The notes beneath the pieces were generated by a model. It was not told the origin of the DNA and did no database searches. It saw only the letters and a program-made list of their open reading frames with translations. Below are positions 1-8,506 of a stretch of DNA of 64,000 nucleotides, one piece after another. The stretch's first letter is position 1; each line of letters begins with the position of its first letter. The DNA lies in the IMG/VR virus record IMGVR_UViG_3300020195_000009, positions 186,001-250,000 of that record; one strand, 5' to 3'. Made by a program: the position numbers and the translations under genes.

Positions 1-241
1 AGCCGTCACGGGTGAAGACGTTGATGCGGGAGAACTTGACACCCTTCTTGAAACCGCGAACCTGCTCTTTGAGCTGGAGTACGGCGGGGATGAAATACGA
101 GGTCGACGGAGAACTGACCGTCTCTTCGTAATCCTCCAACACGGTGGCCTTCTCCTGGTACATGAGGCAGATCGCCTCCTCCCAGTTCAGGATCGCGTGG
201 GGGAGTCCCCAGGAATTCAGAAGCAGTGTACGAGTCTCCAT
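1..241 (-). CDS. HNH endonuclease, N-terminal part (runs off window)
   Basis: Manual translation METRTLLLNSWGLPHAILNWEEAICLMYQEKATVLEDY...VKFSRINVFTRDG matches the LLLN..P...W..A / FSR.NVF.RD pattern of small McrA-like HNH proteins. Confidence 0.75.
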   Translation of the reverse strand, partial: METRTLLLNSWGLPHAILNWEEAICLMYQEKATVLEDYEETVSSPSTSYFIPAVLQLKEQVRGFKKGVKFSRINVFTRDG

Positions 242-350
242 GACACACCTACCTTCGCCTTCTCTTCCTCATGACAGGCCTTCTTTCTGTTCGATGGCCA
301 CCGAATTGAAGACGCTCACCATGAGCGTCTTCTGACATTGAAGGGGGCGT

Positions 351-560
351 CTAGGACGCTCGACCACTTGTCTGCTTACCCCTCGGGCGTCGGTACCAGA
401 CAAAGAGCGCCTGACCGTAGGGGGTAGGGACCACATCCCTACCTAAGACCCTCACGCGGGTCTTCTTCTTCCAGTCAGCGTAGGCCCGGAACAGGTCCGG
501 GGTCACCGGGAAGGGCTCCATCCCATCCGCAGGAGGGTTGAAGGAGGAGAGCAGTTTCAT
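351..560 (-). CDS. hypothetical protein
   Basis: ORF MKLLSSFNPP... starting just downstream of the tmRNA 3' end. Confidence 0.5.
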   Translation of the reverse strand: MKLLSSFNPPADGMEPFPVTPDLFRAYADWKKKTRVRVLGRDVVPTPYGQALFVWYRRPRGKQTSGRAS

Positions 561-578
561 GACTTTAGACCTAATTTG

Positions 579-925
579 TGGAGCTGCGGGGTACTGCCCC
601 CCGGTCCTCCAGAAGTCCGATGACGCCTTCATTCACGTACGTAGTCGAAGTATCCCCCTCGACTGAGTTCGTAGATTCGGCCACGACCTATTCCCGCTGT
701 TCCTCTCGACCTTTGCACCGCAAGACACGTGCTCGGTCCAGCCCTAGTGGTTGACAGGCTCTCCGCTACCAGGACGATCTGGCGGGAACCCGGCCTTCAG
801 GCCGCCTTGAGAGCGGTGAAAGCGAAAGCGTTGTCGTTGGCGACTAGCTTGTGCTCGATTGAACAGGTCGAGCGCTGTTGTACGCAGATGTCACTTCTTT
901 CCAGAGTCGAATCTATTTCAGCCCC
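579..925 (-). ncRNA. ssrA: tmRNA, tag peptide ANDNAFAFTALKAA* (841-797)
   Basis: 5' end GGGGCUGAAAUAGAUUCGAC pairs with 3' CAGCUCC-A (G3:U Ala identity); internal frame GCC AAC GAC AAC ... GCG GCC TGA; variant T-loop GGCAGUA. Confidence 0.93.
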
Positions 926-973
926 TTTCGTACTCCTACCCTACACCAAGAAGCATCGAAGAGCTAGTGCTAG

Positions 974-1058
974 TACCCGTAGAGGGAGTCGAACCCTCAG
1001 CGCCCACAAGGAGCCGCGAATTTTAAATTCACTGCGTCTGCCATTCCGCCACACGGGC
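974..1058 (-). tRNA. tRNA-Leu(UAA)
   Basis: Cloverleaf, gtgaa-tt-TAA-aa-ttcgc, long variable arm. Confidence 0.93.
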
Positions 1059-1062
1059 CTAG

Positions 1063-1143
1063 TACTCAGGAAGGGGATCGAACCCTCACGGTTTTACCCG
1101 GTGGATTTTGAATCCACTGCGTCTGCCATTCCGCCACCTGAGC
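1063..1143 (-). tRNA. tRNA-Leu(CAA)
   Basis: gtgga-tt-CAA-aa-tccac, long variable arm. Confidence 0.93.
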
Positions 1144-1152
1144 AAGAAACAG

Positions 1153-1224
1153 TGCGCCATCTAGGAGTTGAACCTAGCCACCCCGCATATCAGACGGGGC
1201 CGTTCACCGGAAACATCATGGCGC
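1153..1224 (-). tRNA. tRNA-Ile(GAU), atypical D arm
   Basis: cccgt-ct-GAT-at-gcggg; T arm ctagg-ttcaact-cctag. Confidence 0.8.
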
Positions 1225-1422
1225 AAACGGGAAGGGAACAGGAGCAAGAACAACTCTGCCCGACGTGACTTGCCTTGTTCGCCGATGCTTGGGAGAACCC
1301 AAGAACTCACGGAGAGCTAAGCCGGCCGTCACGTGACGGAGTGAGTCGGCCAACGGTTTTACCCGTTCCAGGTAGGCCCCTTCCCGAAACGAGGCTCCAG
1401 AAGAAGCCTCGTCCTAGACCCA

Positions 1423-1941
1423 TCACTCGAAGAGCGACGGATCCAAGTCTTCTACCTCGATCTCCCTGCCGTTGGCGACTGCAATAGCCGCCCTCAGCGA
1501 GCCGGCCTTCTTGCCGGTCTGGATGGCGAGCTTCACCGCATCTGCGGCGGTGATGGTGCGGATCGCACGGATCTGGTTTGGATCCCGCGTATCCACATCG
1601 TCCATATAGGACGGACGGCTGTTCTTCTCACTGACGGTGCTCTTCCACATCTTCTCGATGCGACCGACACCACCGATGCGCTTGATGGCCTCAGCGAGAG
1701 ACATCCTCTCCCCGTTCGCCTCAACCTGCACAGCGAGGTTGTACCTCATTTGAACGACCTGGAGCTTGGCCAAGGCCGCTTCCGCCTTGGCAAAGGTCTC
1801 GATCACCTCTTGAGGTGTCTCCTTTTGCTCGTCGGGGAACTTCTTGAGAGACTGATTGAAGGTCCCGGACGCCGTATCCCTTCTCAGCTCGTACTGTTTG
1901 ATCGCCTCTCTCAAGGCGTACCCTGACGTTTTCATCTTCAT
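1423..1941 (-). CDS. helical hypothetical protein (possibly DIP1984-like)
   Basis: 172-aa ORF with SD GGAG and upstream GGTGTA motif; family call is tentative. Confidence 0.7.
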   Translation of the reverse strand: MKMKTSGYALREAIKQYELRRDTASGTFNQSLKKFPDEQKETPQEVIETFAKAEAALAKLQVVQMRYNLAVQVEANGERMSLAEAIKRIGGVGRIEKMWKSTVSEKNSRPSYMDDVDTRDPNQIRAIRTITAADAVKLAIQTGKKAGSLRAAIAVANGREIEVEDLDPSLFE

Positions 1942-1967
1942 CTCTCCGTTCCAAGTTACTACACCAG

Positions 1968-2039
1968 TACGAGGTGCGGGACTCGAACCCGCCTGGTCTA
2001 CCGTGTCACAGTAGTGTTCTCCCCGAGAACGAACCTCGC
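1968..2039 (-). tRNA. tRNA-Val(GAC)
   Basis: ctact-gt-GAC-ac-ggtag; T arm gcggg-ttcgagt-cccgc. Confidence 0.85.
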
Positions 2040-2040
2040 G

Positions 2041-2370
2041 TCACTCACGCAAAAGCATTGAAACTACGTCGCCAACTCGATCCTCTCGGTCCATCCAGCC
2101 GGTGAACTGTAACTTCACCCAGGCCAGGCTCTTTGAACGCGTGGGGTCCAAGCCCAACATCCTGGTGAAGCGTGTCGGAGCAGGGTGCTCTTCGAGTTGA
2201 GCCCCGATCTCCTGGATCAACGCCGTGAGCTTAGGTAGGCCCGAGACCGCATGCGGGTTGAAACCGTTCGCTCGGGCGAAGCAGGCCAGCGTGTAGGCGA
2301 CCTGATCCAGCTCCAGAGGTGGAGATTTTTCTTCGGCGTCTTCCAGGACGCCCAACATTCGAGGGTGCAT
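2041..2370 (-). CDS. hypothetical protein
   Basis: MHPRMLGV...; ATG 8 nt after GGTGTA; the longer ORF-track version overlaps tRNAs. Confidence 0.65.
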   Translation of the reverse strand: MHPRMLGVLEDAEEKSPPLELDQVAYTLACFARANGFNPHAVSGLPKLTALIQEIGAQLEEHPAPTRFTRMLGLDPTRSKSLAWVKLQFTGWMDREDRVGDVVSMLLRE

Positions 2371-2393
2371 GCGAAACGTACACCGCGACGAGG

Positions 2394-2472
2394 TAGGCCG
2401 ACGGAGAGTTGAACTCCCAAGCCTCACGCTTATAAGACGTGTTACTGCGACCGGCAGCTTAGGCGACGGCCC
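2394..2472 (-). tRNA. tRNA-Ile(UAU), irregular D arm
   Basis: cacgt-ct-TAT-aa-gcgtg; acceptor gggccgt/tcggcct; T-loop ttcaact. Confidence 0.72.
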
Positions 2473-2523
2473 GAATTTATCGGGACCCGCCGCTGTATCT
2501 TGAACTTCATGGTACCTCTTTCG

Positions 2524-2604
2524 TGCTCGTGAAGGGAGTCGAACCCCCACGGTTTTACCCGCTCGACCCTAAATCGAGTGCGTCTGCCATTCCGCCACAC
2601 GAGC
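2524..2604 (-). tRNA. tRNA-Leu(UAG)
   Basis: ctcga-tt-TAG-gg-tcgag, long variable arm. Confidence 0.93.
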
Positions 2605-2608
2605 CTAG

Positions 2609-2680
2609 TACGGGGTAAGGGAATCGGACCCTTCTGAAACTCCTTGTAAAAGAGCTGCCTCGCCAGTCGGCCTACCCCGC
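2609..2680 (-). tRNA. tRNA-Val(UAC)
   Basis: gctct-tt-TAC-aa-ggagt. Confidence 0.85.
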
Positions 2681-2884
2681 ATGTTGTGCAAATCTCTTAG
2701 TAGTTAGCATGTTTCGGAAGATTCGCATGGGTTGTCCATCGATCTCTTCGTCCCATACGTAACGATAAGCGTCAAGATTTTCATCAAGAATCTTACAAGC
2801 AACCCAAGGCTCACCAAACGAAACCCGCGTAAGAGCAGGACCCGGTTTGATGTGAGGCTCAACCACCACCGTCAGCTCCAGCAT
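2672..2884 (-). CDS. hypothetical protein
   Basis: 70-aa ORF coupled to upstream gene. Confidence 0.55.
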   Translation of the reverse strand: MLELTVVVEPHIKPGPALTRVSFGEPWVACKILDENLDAYRYVWDEEIDGQPMRIFRNMLTTKRFAQHAG

Positions 2885-3800
2885 CGGGAGGTATCTCCCA
2901 TGGCTGAGGGCCGCTCTCGGGGAAGTCTTCGCTCACCTCCCAGACCTCATCGGTCGGAGGGTAGACCGTCCTGAAGGTCTTGAGGACCCCACCATCAACC
3001 TTGAGCCAGGACTTGACGATCAACCCATTCGATCCTGGCTGGAGCTGCTTCATGTAACCAGAAGGCTTGTCGATCTTCTTGACTTTTCGCTCGAACTCCC
3101 CGTTCTTCTCGGTACCAAACGTGTAGCTTGGCCTCGGGGGCAGATCCCCTCGACCCTGGACCTCGACCCTAAGCGTCGCCTCCCCCCACTTCTTCTTGGG
3201 CGGGATGGTTGAGACGACGATCTGAACGGGGAAGCCAAGGTTGTTCCGCAACCGGAGGTCCGGGGCGTAACACTTCTTGTTCTTGTAGTCCCCCTTGCAG
3301 TCCTCAGGGAACCCAACGGTCGCATCGAGGCCGGGGGGCATGTACTTCGACGGCCTTGAGTGTGGCGTGTGGAGAGTCACCTCCAAGCCAGCCATCAAGG
3401 CCGCAGCGTGGATGGTCGAGCTGACCTGGCAAACCCCACCTCCGATGCCCTTGTCCAGCTCCCCTTTATTGATGACCGGAGCATCAAAGAACCCGTTTTC
3501 CTTGGTCCTTGGCCCCACCGTCAAGTTGAAACTGAACTCATCACCGAGGCCAAGACGGACCAGAGAGGCTCGATTCTTGGCTTGCTCGATGTTCTTGCCT
3601 CGATCGATCTCGGAGGCGTACCTAGTCTCGTAGTACCCAAGGACGACCGAGTAGTCATCGGGCTCTGGTTCGGAGGTTGCGTCGAAAATCTCTACGCCAG
3701 CTTCAGGTACTCCCGTCACTTCAACGACGGTAGGTTCGGCCGGGAGGGGATCCGGTACCCGACAAGAAGAGAACACCAGAAGGGCAACGATGAAACGCAT
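2859..3800 (-). CDS. VanW-like domain lipoprotein
   Basis: Signal peptide MRFIVALLVFSSC; motifs FSFNLTVGPRT, GGGVCQVSST, PHSRPSKYMPPGLDATV. Confidence 0.85.
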   Translation of the reverse strand: MRFIVALLVFSSCRVPDPLPAEPTVVEVTGVPEAGVEIFDATSEPEPDDYSVVLGYYETRYASEIDRGKNIEQAKNRASLVRLGLGDEFSFNLTVGPRTKENGFFDAPVINKGELDKGIGGGVCQVSSTIHAAALMAGLEVTLHTPHSRPSKYMPPGLDATVGFPEDCKGDYKNKKCYAPDLRLRNNLGFPVQIVVSTIPPKKKWGEATLRVEVQGRGDLPPRPSYTFGTEKNGEFERKVKKIDKPSGYMKQLQPGSNGLIVKSWLKVDGGVLKTFRTVYPPTDEVWEVSEDFPESGPQPWEIPPDAGADGGG

Positions 3801-3824
3801 GAGGTGGCTCTTGATACACCCCGG

Positions 3825-3896
3825 TCGCTGGGAAGGGAATCGAACCCTCTTAAGGCTGCGTATGAAACAGCTACCAATCCATTTGATTTCCCAGCG
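3825..3896 (-). tRNA. tRNA-Met/Ile2(CAU)
   Basis: gctgt-tt-CAT-ac-gcagc; acceptor cgctggg/cccagcg. Confidence 0.8.
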
Positions 3897-3899
3897 ATA

Positions 3900-4027
3900 T
3901 GCCGACAAGTTGTAGAGCTAAGATGGTTTATCTAGGCACCAGCCACGCCCCCCATTGTGGACGTACAGGGAGTTGAACCCTGGTCGATCGATTCATAGTC
4001 GATGTAATCCTAGCAAGTCATCCGGCA
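3900..4027 (-). ncRNA. Y-RNA-like module #1 (cargo: anticodon-like hairpin plus T arm)
   Basis: UGCCGGAUG...AGGAUUACA...CUUGUCGGCA terminal stem; internal aucga-CUAUGAA-ucgau and caggg-UUCAACU-cccug. Confidence 0.65.
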
Positions 4028-4030
4028 CGG

Positions 4031-4103
4031 TACCCCTGGTAGGAATCGAACCCACGTTGCTGGTTCCGAAGACCAGTGCCTAATTCCGCTAGGCTACAGG
4101 GGC
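4031..4103 (-). tRNA. tRNA-Arg(UCG)
   Basis: ctggt-ct-TCG-ga-accag. Confidence 0.92.
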
Positions 4104-4138
4104 AAAATTGAGAACTCTTTGATGCGAAGGGCGAGGGC

Positions 4139-4456
4139 ATGAAGACCCCCATCCTTGTTACCCTCTCGATTCTCGCGGTTGCTGCTTGCGGCGAGGCGAA
4201 GGCACCTGAGAACACCATCAACGACGGTGGCAGCGCAGAAGCTTCCACTGAAGCCCCGAAGGCAGCGGCTCCGGTTGCGGACGCAGCTTCGGCTCCGTTG
4301 GCCCCAGACCCGCCCAAGGCGGCGGCTCCGGTTGCGGCAGCTTCAACAGCCGTTGTAAGCGCTACAGCTCCAGTTGATGCCGGACCGCCCGTGAAGGCGG
4401 AAGGTGGTGCTGCAAAGCCCGCACCCAAGGCCGACGCTGGCGCACCGAAGAAGTGA
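4139..4456 (+). CDS. Ala/Pro-rich lipoprotein
   Basis: Lipobox LAVAAC, low-complexity body with DAG motifs. Confidence 0.8.
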   Translation: MKTPILVTLSILAVAACGEAKAPENTINDGGSAEASTEAPKAAAPVADAASAPLAPDPPKAAAPVAAASTAVVSATAPVDAGPPVKAEGGAAKPAPKADAGAPKK

Positions 4457-4517
4457 AGAAGTGAGCGTCAAACGCCCATCATGGAATTGAAAGACTCTTT
4501 GATGGGCGCTTTTGGTC

Positions 4518-4679
4518 ATGAGAACCAAGATGTATTTTGTTCTCGTGATCATCGCCGGCTGCAAGTCGACAGCGCTCCCGGAGGAGCCTGCCTTCGTTGA
4601 AGTCGTAACGAAGTTCCGAGCTGACGCAGGCGAAACCCCTCCCTTGGTTCTCGCGACGCAAGATCCGCTCAGACGGTAG
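4518..4679 (+). CDS. small lipoprotein
   Basis: MRTKMYFVLVIIAGC...(53 aa); shares upstream AATTGA..ACTCTTTGATG motif with the 4139 gene. Confidence 0.6.
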   Translation: MRTKMYFVLVIIAGCKSTALPEEPAFVEVVTKFRADAGETPPLVLATQDPLRR

Positions 4680-4751
4680 CGTCCCCGGTTGGAATCGAAC
4701 CAACGTAACAGGCTTCGGAAACCTGGGCCTCATCCGCTAGGCTACGGGGAC
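4680..4751 (-). tRNA. tRNA-Arg(CCG)
   Basis: caggt-tt-CCG-aa-gcctg. Confidence 0.9.
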
Positions 4752-4774
4752 ATGGGGGCCGTGAGGCCCCTCCC

Positions 4775-4963
4775 TCAGAGAACATCCCAGAGGATGCTTT
4801 TAGGGTGAACGATCTGGAGATCGTCGAACCGATCCTTGACCATGAGGGTCTTGGCTCTGGCTCTCTCTTTGCTCCAGTAGCTCTGTTTCCACCAGTGAAG
4901 CGAGTACCTCCAACGGGGTCGGAAGTTCTTTACGTGGTTCTTTCGTCTGTGGTTCTTGTGCAT
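4775..4963 (-). CDS. small basic hypothetical protein
   Basis: SD GGAGG upstream, hairpin downstream. Confidence 0.65.
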   Translation of the reverse strand: MHKNHRRKNHVKNFRPRWRYSLHWWKQSYWSKERARAKTLMVKDRFDDLQIVHPKSILWDVL

Positions 4964-5047
4964 GGGTACCTCCCGGAAGCTAATCCGGTGGCACCCACCT
5001 CTCGTCGTATCGCAGCATTTGTAGTCCTTTCAGAGTTGAAGGATACG

Positions 5048-5122
5048 TGGCCTCTCTGCCAAGAGTCGAACTTGGGCAACGGGTTTCGTAGACCCGTGTG
5101 TGGAATCCGCCACAACAGAGAG
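5048..5122 (-). tRNA. tRNA-Arg(ACG)
   Basis: cgggt-ct-ACG-aa-acccg, CCA encoded. Confidence 0.85.
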
Positions 5123-5127
5123 ATTAG

Positions 5128-5200
5128 CGTGCCCGGCAGGACTCGAACCTGCATGAACCAGCTCCGCAAGCTGGTGCCTGATCCGTTAGGCTACGGGCAC
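5128..5200 (-). tRNA. tRNA-Arg(GCG)
   Basis: ccagc-tt-GCG-ga-gctgg. Confidence 0.88.
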
Positions 5201-5235
5201 ATTGTCTTTGATTTCAGAGGCCTTGCTTTACCTCT

Positions 5236-5298
5236 TGGCGTCCCCAACGCGAATCGAACGCGTGTTCCCACCTTGAGAGGGTAGTGTCCTGGGGGGAC
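5236..5298 (-). pseudogene. tRNA-Glu(CUC) lacking most of the D arm
   Basis: Acceptor, ctacc-ct-CTC-aa-ggtgg, T arm and CCA intact; only caggac remains of the D region. Confidence 0.75.
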
Positions 5299-5336
5299 AG
5301 AAATACAAAAGCTCCTATGGGCCATCTTCGATCAAG

Positions 5337-5525
5337 ATGGCCAGAAAATTCAACATCACGTACGTCGAAGCTGACGGCCAGTGGATGGCCAGTATCTACA
5401 CGGTTCCGGGTTGTCACGCAGAGGGAACAACCAAGGATGAGGCACGAGCGAACATCAAAAGGTCGCTCTTGTACTTCTTTGACGACGTGGACGTAGAGTT
5501 TACGGAAGAGTCCTTGAGAGGGTGA
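5337..5525 (+). CDS. HicB-like antitoxin (solo)
   Basis: DGQWMAS...PGCHAEGTTKDEARANIK HicB N-terminal signature. Confidence 0.8.
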   Translation: MARKFNITYVEADGQWMASIYTVPGCHAEGTTKDEARANIKRSLLYFFDDVDVEFTEESLRG

Positions 5526-5528
5526 GCT

Positions 5529-6278
5529 TCATCGGGAGATTTCCCTCATCCCTTGCTGAGCAACCTTCTCAATCCGCTGAGCATCTTCGATCTCTTTGAG
5601 GATTGCCTGAGCTGTCACCACAGGGTCGTTGGCATCCCGGATGGGACGGCCGATGACAACGAGGTCGGCGCCGTCGATGACAGCCCCGCCCGGCGTACCC
5701 GTCCGCCGTTGGTCTCCGACCTCTGCGCCGAGGGGTCGTACTCCGGGAACGAGGTAGAAGGCGTCCGGGTGCTTCGTGTGGAGAGCACCGACTTCCTGTG
5801 GAGAACAGACGAAGCCGCGAAGCCCATGAGAGTACGCAAACGAGGCCAGATTCAAGGCTCGAAGACCGGGATCATACGAGGGCTGAGACCAGGCTCGGGT
5901 GACCAGGCTCGGAAGCATGAGAGCTTCGCAATCCTGCTCCGTCATCGACGTGAGAACGGTCACCCCGAGGAGGGTGATACCGAAGGGCTCCGCCGCCTTG
6001 ACGGCCTCTTCCAGCGTTTTGCGCTGCTGGATGTGGAGCGTCATGTACTTCACCCCGAGGTCCCCACCCGCCTTGACGGCTCGGGTCACAGTCTCCGGGA
6101 TGTCGTGGAGCTTCAAGTCGAGGACGACCGGCTTCTTCGTCAAGGGCATCGCCCCGGAGGCGATGAACATCTCCAGCCCGACCTTGAACGCCCCGACGTG
6201 CTCTTCGAGCCGGTCTACAAAGCCTTGAGCTGTTGAGAGCTTGGGGACATCGAGGGCGAAGCAGATCGGATTGCTCAT
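5529..6278 (-). CDS. pyrF: orotidine-5'-phosphate decarboxylase
   Basis: ALD, FKVG, LDLKLHDIPETV, VTVLTS, PGVRP, VIGRPI motifs. Confidence 0.97.
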   Translation of the reverse strand: MSNPICFALDVPKLSTAQGFVDRLEEHVGAFKVGLEMFIASGAMPLTKKPVVLDLKLHDIPETVTRAVKAGGDLGVKYMTLHIQQRKTLEEAVKAAEPFGITLLGVTVLTSMTEQDCEALMLPSLVTRAWSQPSYDPGLRALNLASFAYSHGLRGFVCSPQEVGALHTKHPDAFYLVPGVRPLGAEVGDQRRTGTPGGAVIDGADLVVIGRPIRDANDPVVTAQAILKEIEDAQRIEKVAQQGMREISR

Positions 6279-6295
6279 GTCCCGACATTACACCG

Positions 6296-6580
6296 TCATC
6301 CGAGCCGGATAACGCCCGTAGGTTGAGAGTCCGTCATGTCATCGAGAGCCGCTCGTTGAAGCCGGCTCCTAGGAGCTACCATGGCATCCTTCAACATCTC
6401 GATGTGATCGTAGAGCTTACCCCGACGTTCCACAAGGTCCGGTTCCAAGAAGAAGAGGTTCACACACCCCTCTTCCCCTTCGAGCTTTTTGTTGATGTCC
6501 GCGACGCACGAGACTGCCGTGAAATACAAGCGCTCCAAGAGCGCCATCGGCATCTCGTCCATTTTCTCACGAGTCAGCAT
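6296..6580 (-). CDS. hypothetical protein
   Basis: ORF between tRNA-Arg and pyrF. Confidence 0.6.
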   Translation of the reverse strand: MLTREKMDEMPMALLERLYFTAVSCVADINKKLEGEEGCVNLFFLEPDLVERRGKLYDHIEMLKDAMVAPRSRLQRAALDDMTDSQPTGVIRLG

Positions 6581-6586
6581 CCTTAG

Positions 6587-6659
6587 CACCCCTGGCAGGA
6601 CTCGAACCTGCGTAGTACGATTTAGAAAATCGTCGCCTATTCCGCTAGACTACAGGGGC
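6587..6659 (-). tRNA. tRNA-Arg(UCU)
   Basis: acgat-tt-TCT-aa-atcgt. Confidence 0.92.
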
Positions 6660-6662
6660 AAA

Positions 6663-7208
6663 TCATACGACGAAGCCTCCGAGCTGGCCCGCCATCAAAT
6701 CAGTGTAGTTGAACTCTTTCCCGAGGCACTCTTGAATGGTCGCCTCACCAGGGGCGAACCCGTGGTGCTTCCGGTTGTAGACCAGGGCCACTTTCGGGAT
6801 CTTGATCTCCCCTTTGGCGAACTGGTGACCCTTCTCGGTCATCCGGTAGAAGCCAACCCGCTTGCTTCCGTCCTTCCTCTTCTCTTTGGCCTTGGCGTCC
6901 TGCTTGGCTTCCAGGAGGCCCCAGTAGCGGAGCTTGGCGAAGTCCCCCCCTCGGACCGCAGACCCTATGGCGCTCATCTGAGAGAGGAACTTAGGGACGT
7001 GGAGCCAGTCCTTGTTGGTCGAGAAGTGTCGGTGCAGGATGATGAGGGTGTACGCCATCGTGGAGGTGATCTCCCTCGGGTACATCCGAACCTCTTGCCG
7101 ACAACAAGGGCAGATAGCCCCCTTCAACGCATGGTCTTTCAAGACCGCTTGGGCCTTGGCGAGCGTCGTTGTGTTAGGGTCGAACTTAGGATCGAAGGGC
7201 TTGGTCAT
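6663..7208 (-). CDS. hypothetical protein (CPCC, possible winged helix)
   Basis: MTKPFDPKF..., ATG 11 nt after GGTGTA. Confidence 0.75.
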   Translation of the reverse strand: MTKPFDPKFDPNTTTLAKAQAVLKDHALKGAICPCCRQEVRMYPREITSTMAYTLIILHRHFSTNKDWLHVPKFLSQMSAIGSAVRGGDFAKLRYWGLLEAKQDAKAKEKRKDGSKRVGFYRMTEKGHQFAKGEIKIPKVALVYNRKHHGFAPGEATIQECLGKEFNYTDLMAGQLGGFVV

Positions 7209-7225
7209 CGCCCCTTCGATACACC

Positions 7226-7297
7226 TGGAGAGCCCGGAGGGAATCGAACCCTCGTCCACGATTTTGCAGACCGCGTACCGCTCCAGCGAACGGGCTC
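7226..7297 (-). tRNA. tRNA-Cys(GCA)
   Basis: gcggt-ct-GCA-aa-atcgt, U73 and CCA. Confidence 0.88.
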
Positions 7298-7476
7298 AAA
7301 ATTGCGATGCTTTCCACCCGTCGCTCTTCCATGGAGAACACGACGGATGGTTCAGAGGTGGCCGAAGCACCAAACCAAGGCCATCGGCTTTTCAGCCGGG
7401 GCTTTAGGTCAGGTTGGGTTGCGTAAACCCCTTGGGCCGCAAGGGCACAAGCCGCCTGACTCCTCCTACGATACAG

Positions 7477-7548
7477 AGCGGGTAGTCGGGATCGAACCGA
7501 CGACAACTTGGATGGGAACCAAGAACTCTACCACTGAGCTACACCCGC
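7477..7548 (-). tRNA. tRNA-Gly(CCC)
   Basis: cttgg-tt-CCC-at-ccaag. Confidence 0.93.
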
Positions 7549-7577
7549 AATTTGTGGCCACGTGAAGGCCACCCGTG

Positions 7578-8204
7578 TCATTTACAGTAGGTGAACACCA
7601 AGTTGAGATAGACATCCGGATCGTACTTCAACTTGTAGTTACGCAGAATTTCAAGACGCCGCTTCAGGTACTCGCAGCGGTAGGCCACATTTGGCGGCAT
7701 CCACTCGGGTGGGGGGCGTGAACCTTTCGACGTGTTCGACTTCACGCTGGCTGCTTGAAGGTGGTGGGGGTTGGCGAGGTCGTTGGCGTAGGCCTTCTTC
7801 TGCTCAAGCGTCCACTGCCACCCGCCCGCCAGATGAGCCTCTTCAAGAGCCACCACATGATCTATTTGGAGGTCGGCCGGATCCGAGAAGGTCATTCCCG
7901 AATAGGGATCGGTCCACTTTCCGGTCAACACCCGACACGGCTTGAGGGGGTCCACGAACGTCACAGGAACCTCGCTCTCATGAACGAGGACCTCTTGGCG
8001 GGTGTCCTGGCAGTCCTTGTCAGCATCGAACCAACGACCCCACTCGTCCCGGTTGTACGGGGGGATCGCCCCGGCGTCTGTAACCAGGGTGGGCGTCCCG
8101 GCATCGACCGTGATCACACCTACCGTTCGCTTCGGCTCCGGGGTCGGCTTGTTGAAGCACGAACACCCAGAGGCGAGAACCAACACGACGCCAAAACAAC
8201 GCAT
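7578..8204 (-). CDS. exported HNH / DUF1524-type nuclease
   Basis: Signal peptide; YNRDEW, CQDTRQEVL, GKWTDPYSG, IDHVVAL, NTSKG..PPEWMP. Confidence 0.88.
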   Translation of the reverse strand: MRCFGVVLVLASGCSCFNKPTPEPKRTVGVITVDAGTPTLVTDAGAIPPYNRDEWGRWFDADKDCQDTRQEVLVHESEVPVTFVDPLKPCRVLTGKWTDPYSGMTFSDPADLQIDHVVALEEAHLAGGWQWTLEQKKAYANDLANPHHLQAASVKSNTSKGSRPPPEWMPPNVAYRCEYLKRRLEILRNYKLKYDPDVYLNLVFTYCK

Positions 8205-8226
8205 CAACCTAAAGTACACCGACTAG

Positions 8227-8299
8227 AGCCCGCGATGGGAGTCGAACCCACTGAATTTCCCATACCAAGGGAACGCCCCTCCACAGGAGCCTCACGGGC
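8227..8299 (-). tRNA. tRNA-Thr(GGU)
   Basis: ttccc-tt-GGT-at-gggaa. Confidence 0.88.
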
Positions 8300-8421
8300 A
8301 AAACATTCATGAGCCCCTGTAGTTGTGAGGCGACCAGACGTGACCTTCTGGATGATGCTGATCGTGGTTTTCATCCCGATCAGCATGCTCGCCTTCAACT
8401 TCTGCGTTGAACGACATTGAA

Positions 8422-8452
8422 TGGAGCGGACGACGGGAATCGAACCCGACCC
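8422..8452 (-). pseudogene. 3' fragment of a tRNA-Gly (T arm, acceptor, CCA)
   Basis: cggg-ttcgatt-cccgtcgtccgc-tcca, close to the 3' end of tRNA-Gly(GCC); no 5' half. Confidence 0.7.
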
Positions 8453-8506
8453 GGAAGAATTGAACCTGAGTTACTGGTTGGATTCTTTTGATACTCCAAC
8501 CAGGGC

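Noticed and set aside
729-1268. 179-aa plus-strand ORF and many other ORF-track entries across 0.6-18 kb
   Set aside because: They overlap tmRNA or tRNA genes and translate RNA motifs; not credible proteins
5003-5040. AGGACTACA as a tenth Y-like module
   Set aside because: Lacks the upstream AAUG, the downstream CUUGU and a closing stem
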